Origin: Marsupella aquatica
Lineage: Eukaryota > Plantae > Marchantiophyta
Reading direction: 5' to 3'
DNA: 64,000 nt
Assembly: GCA_973895155.1 (NCBI GenBank)
Contig: OZ316897.1
Span: forward strand, 11,741,832-11,805,831
The notes under the pieces are model-generated. The model was not told the origin of the DNA. It ran no database searches and worked only from the letters and a program-made list of their open reading frames with translations. Shown here piece after piece: positions 63,987-64,000 of the stretch (its first letter is position 1; every line of letters begins with the position of its first letter). Position numbers and translations under genes: made by a program.

Positions 63987-64000
63987 AGACCCGGTCCGCT

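Overview
Land-plant nuclear DNA, judged from short GT-AG introns and plant gene families; the organism is not identifiable from this sequence. Four host genes can be reconstructed exon by exon. These are a secreted prolyl 4-hydroxylase with a C-terminal ShKT domain (-, 7 exons), an At3g58690/At1g54820-type membrane-anchored Ser/Thr kinase (-, 7 exons), a DUF3148/SipA-family plastid NDH assembly factor CRR42 homolog (+, 2 exons, with an in-frame TGA), and a 20-exon chorein-N/BLTP3 lipid-transfer gene (-). Between them lie a three-deep LTR retrotransposon nest (copia A > copia B > Ty3/gypsy, 11.6-24.3 kb), a TIR-bounded PIF/Harbinger-superfamily element (36.7-42.2 kb), three solo LTRs, several MITEs and many short tandem duplications. 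Most notable: (1) the Harbinger-type element carries a third, RPA1 C-terminal-like (OB-fold/zinc) ORF inside its TIRs; (2) CRR42 has a premature stop in an otherwise intact gene; (3) copia A is flanked by a perfect 60-bp duplication instead of a 5-bp TSD; (4) a candidate Pol III small RNA unit lies at about 29.5-29.7 kb. All family assignments come from motif recognition by eye; no searches were run.
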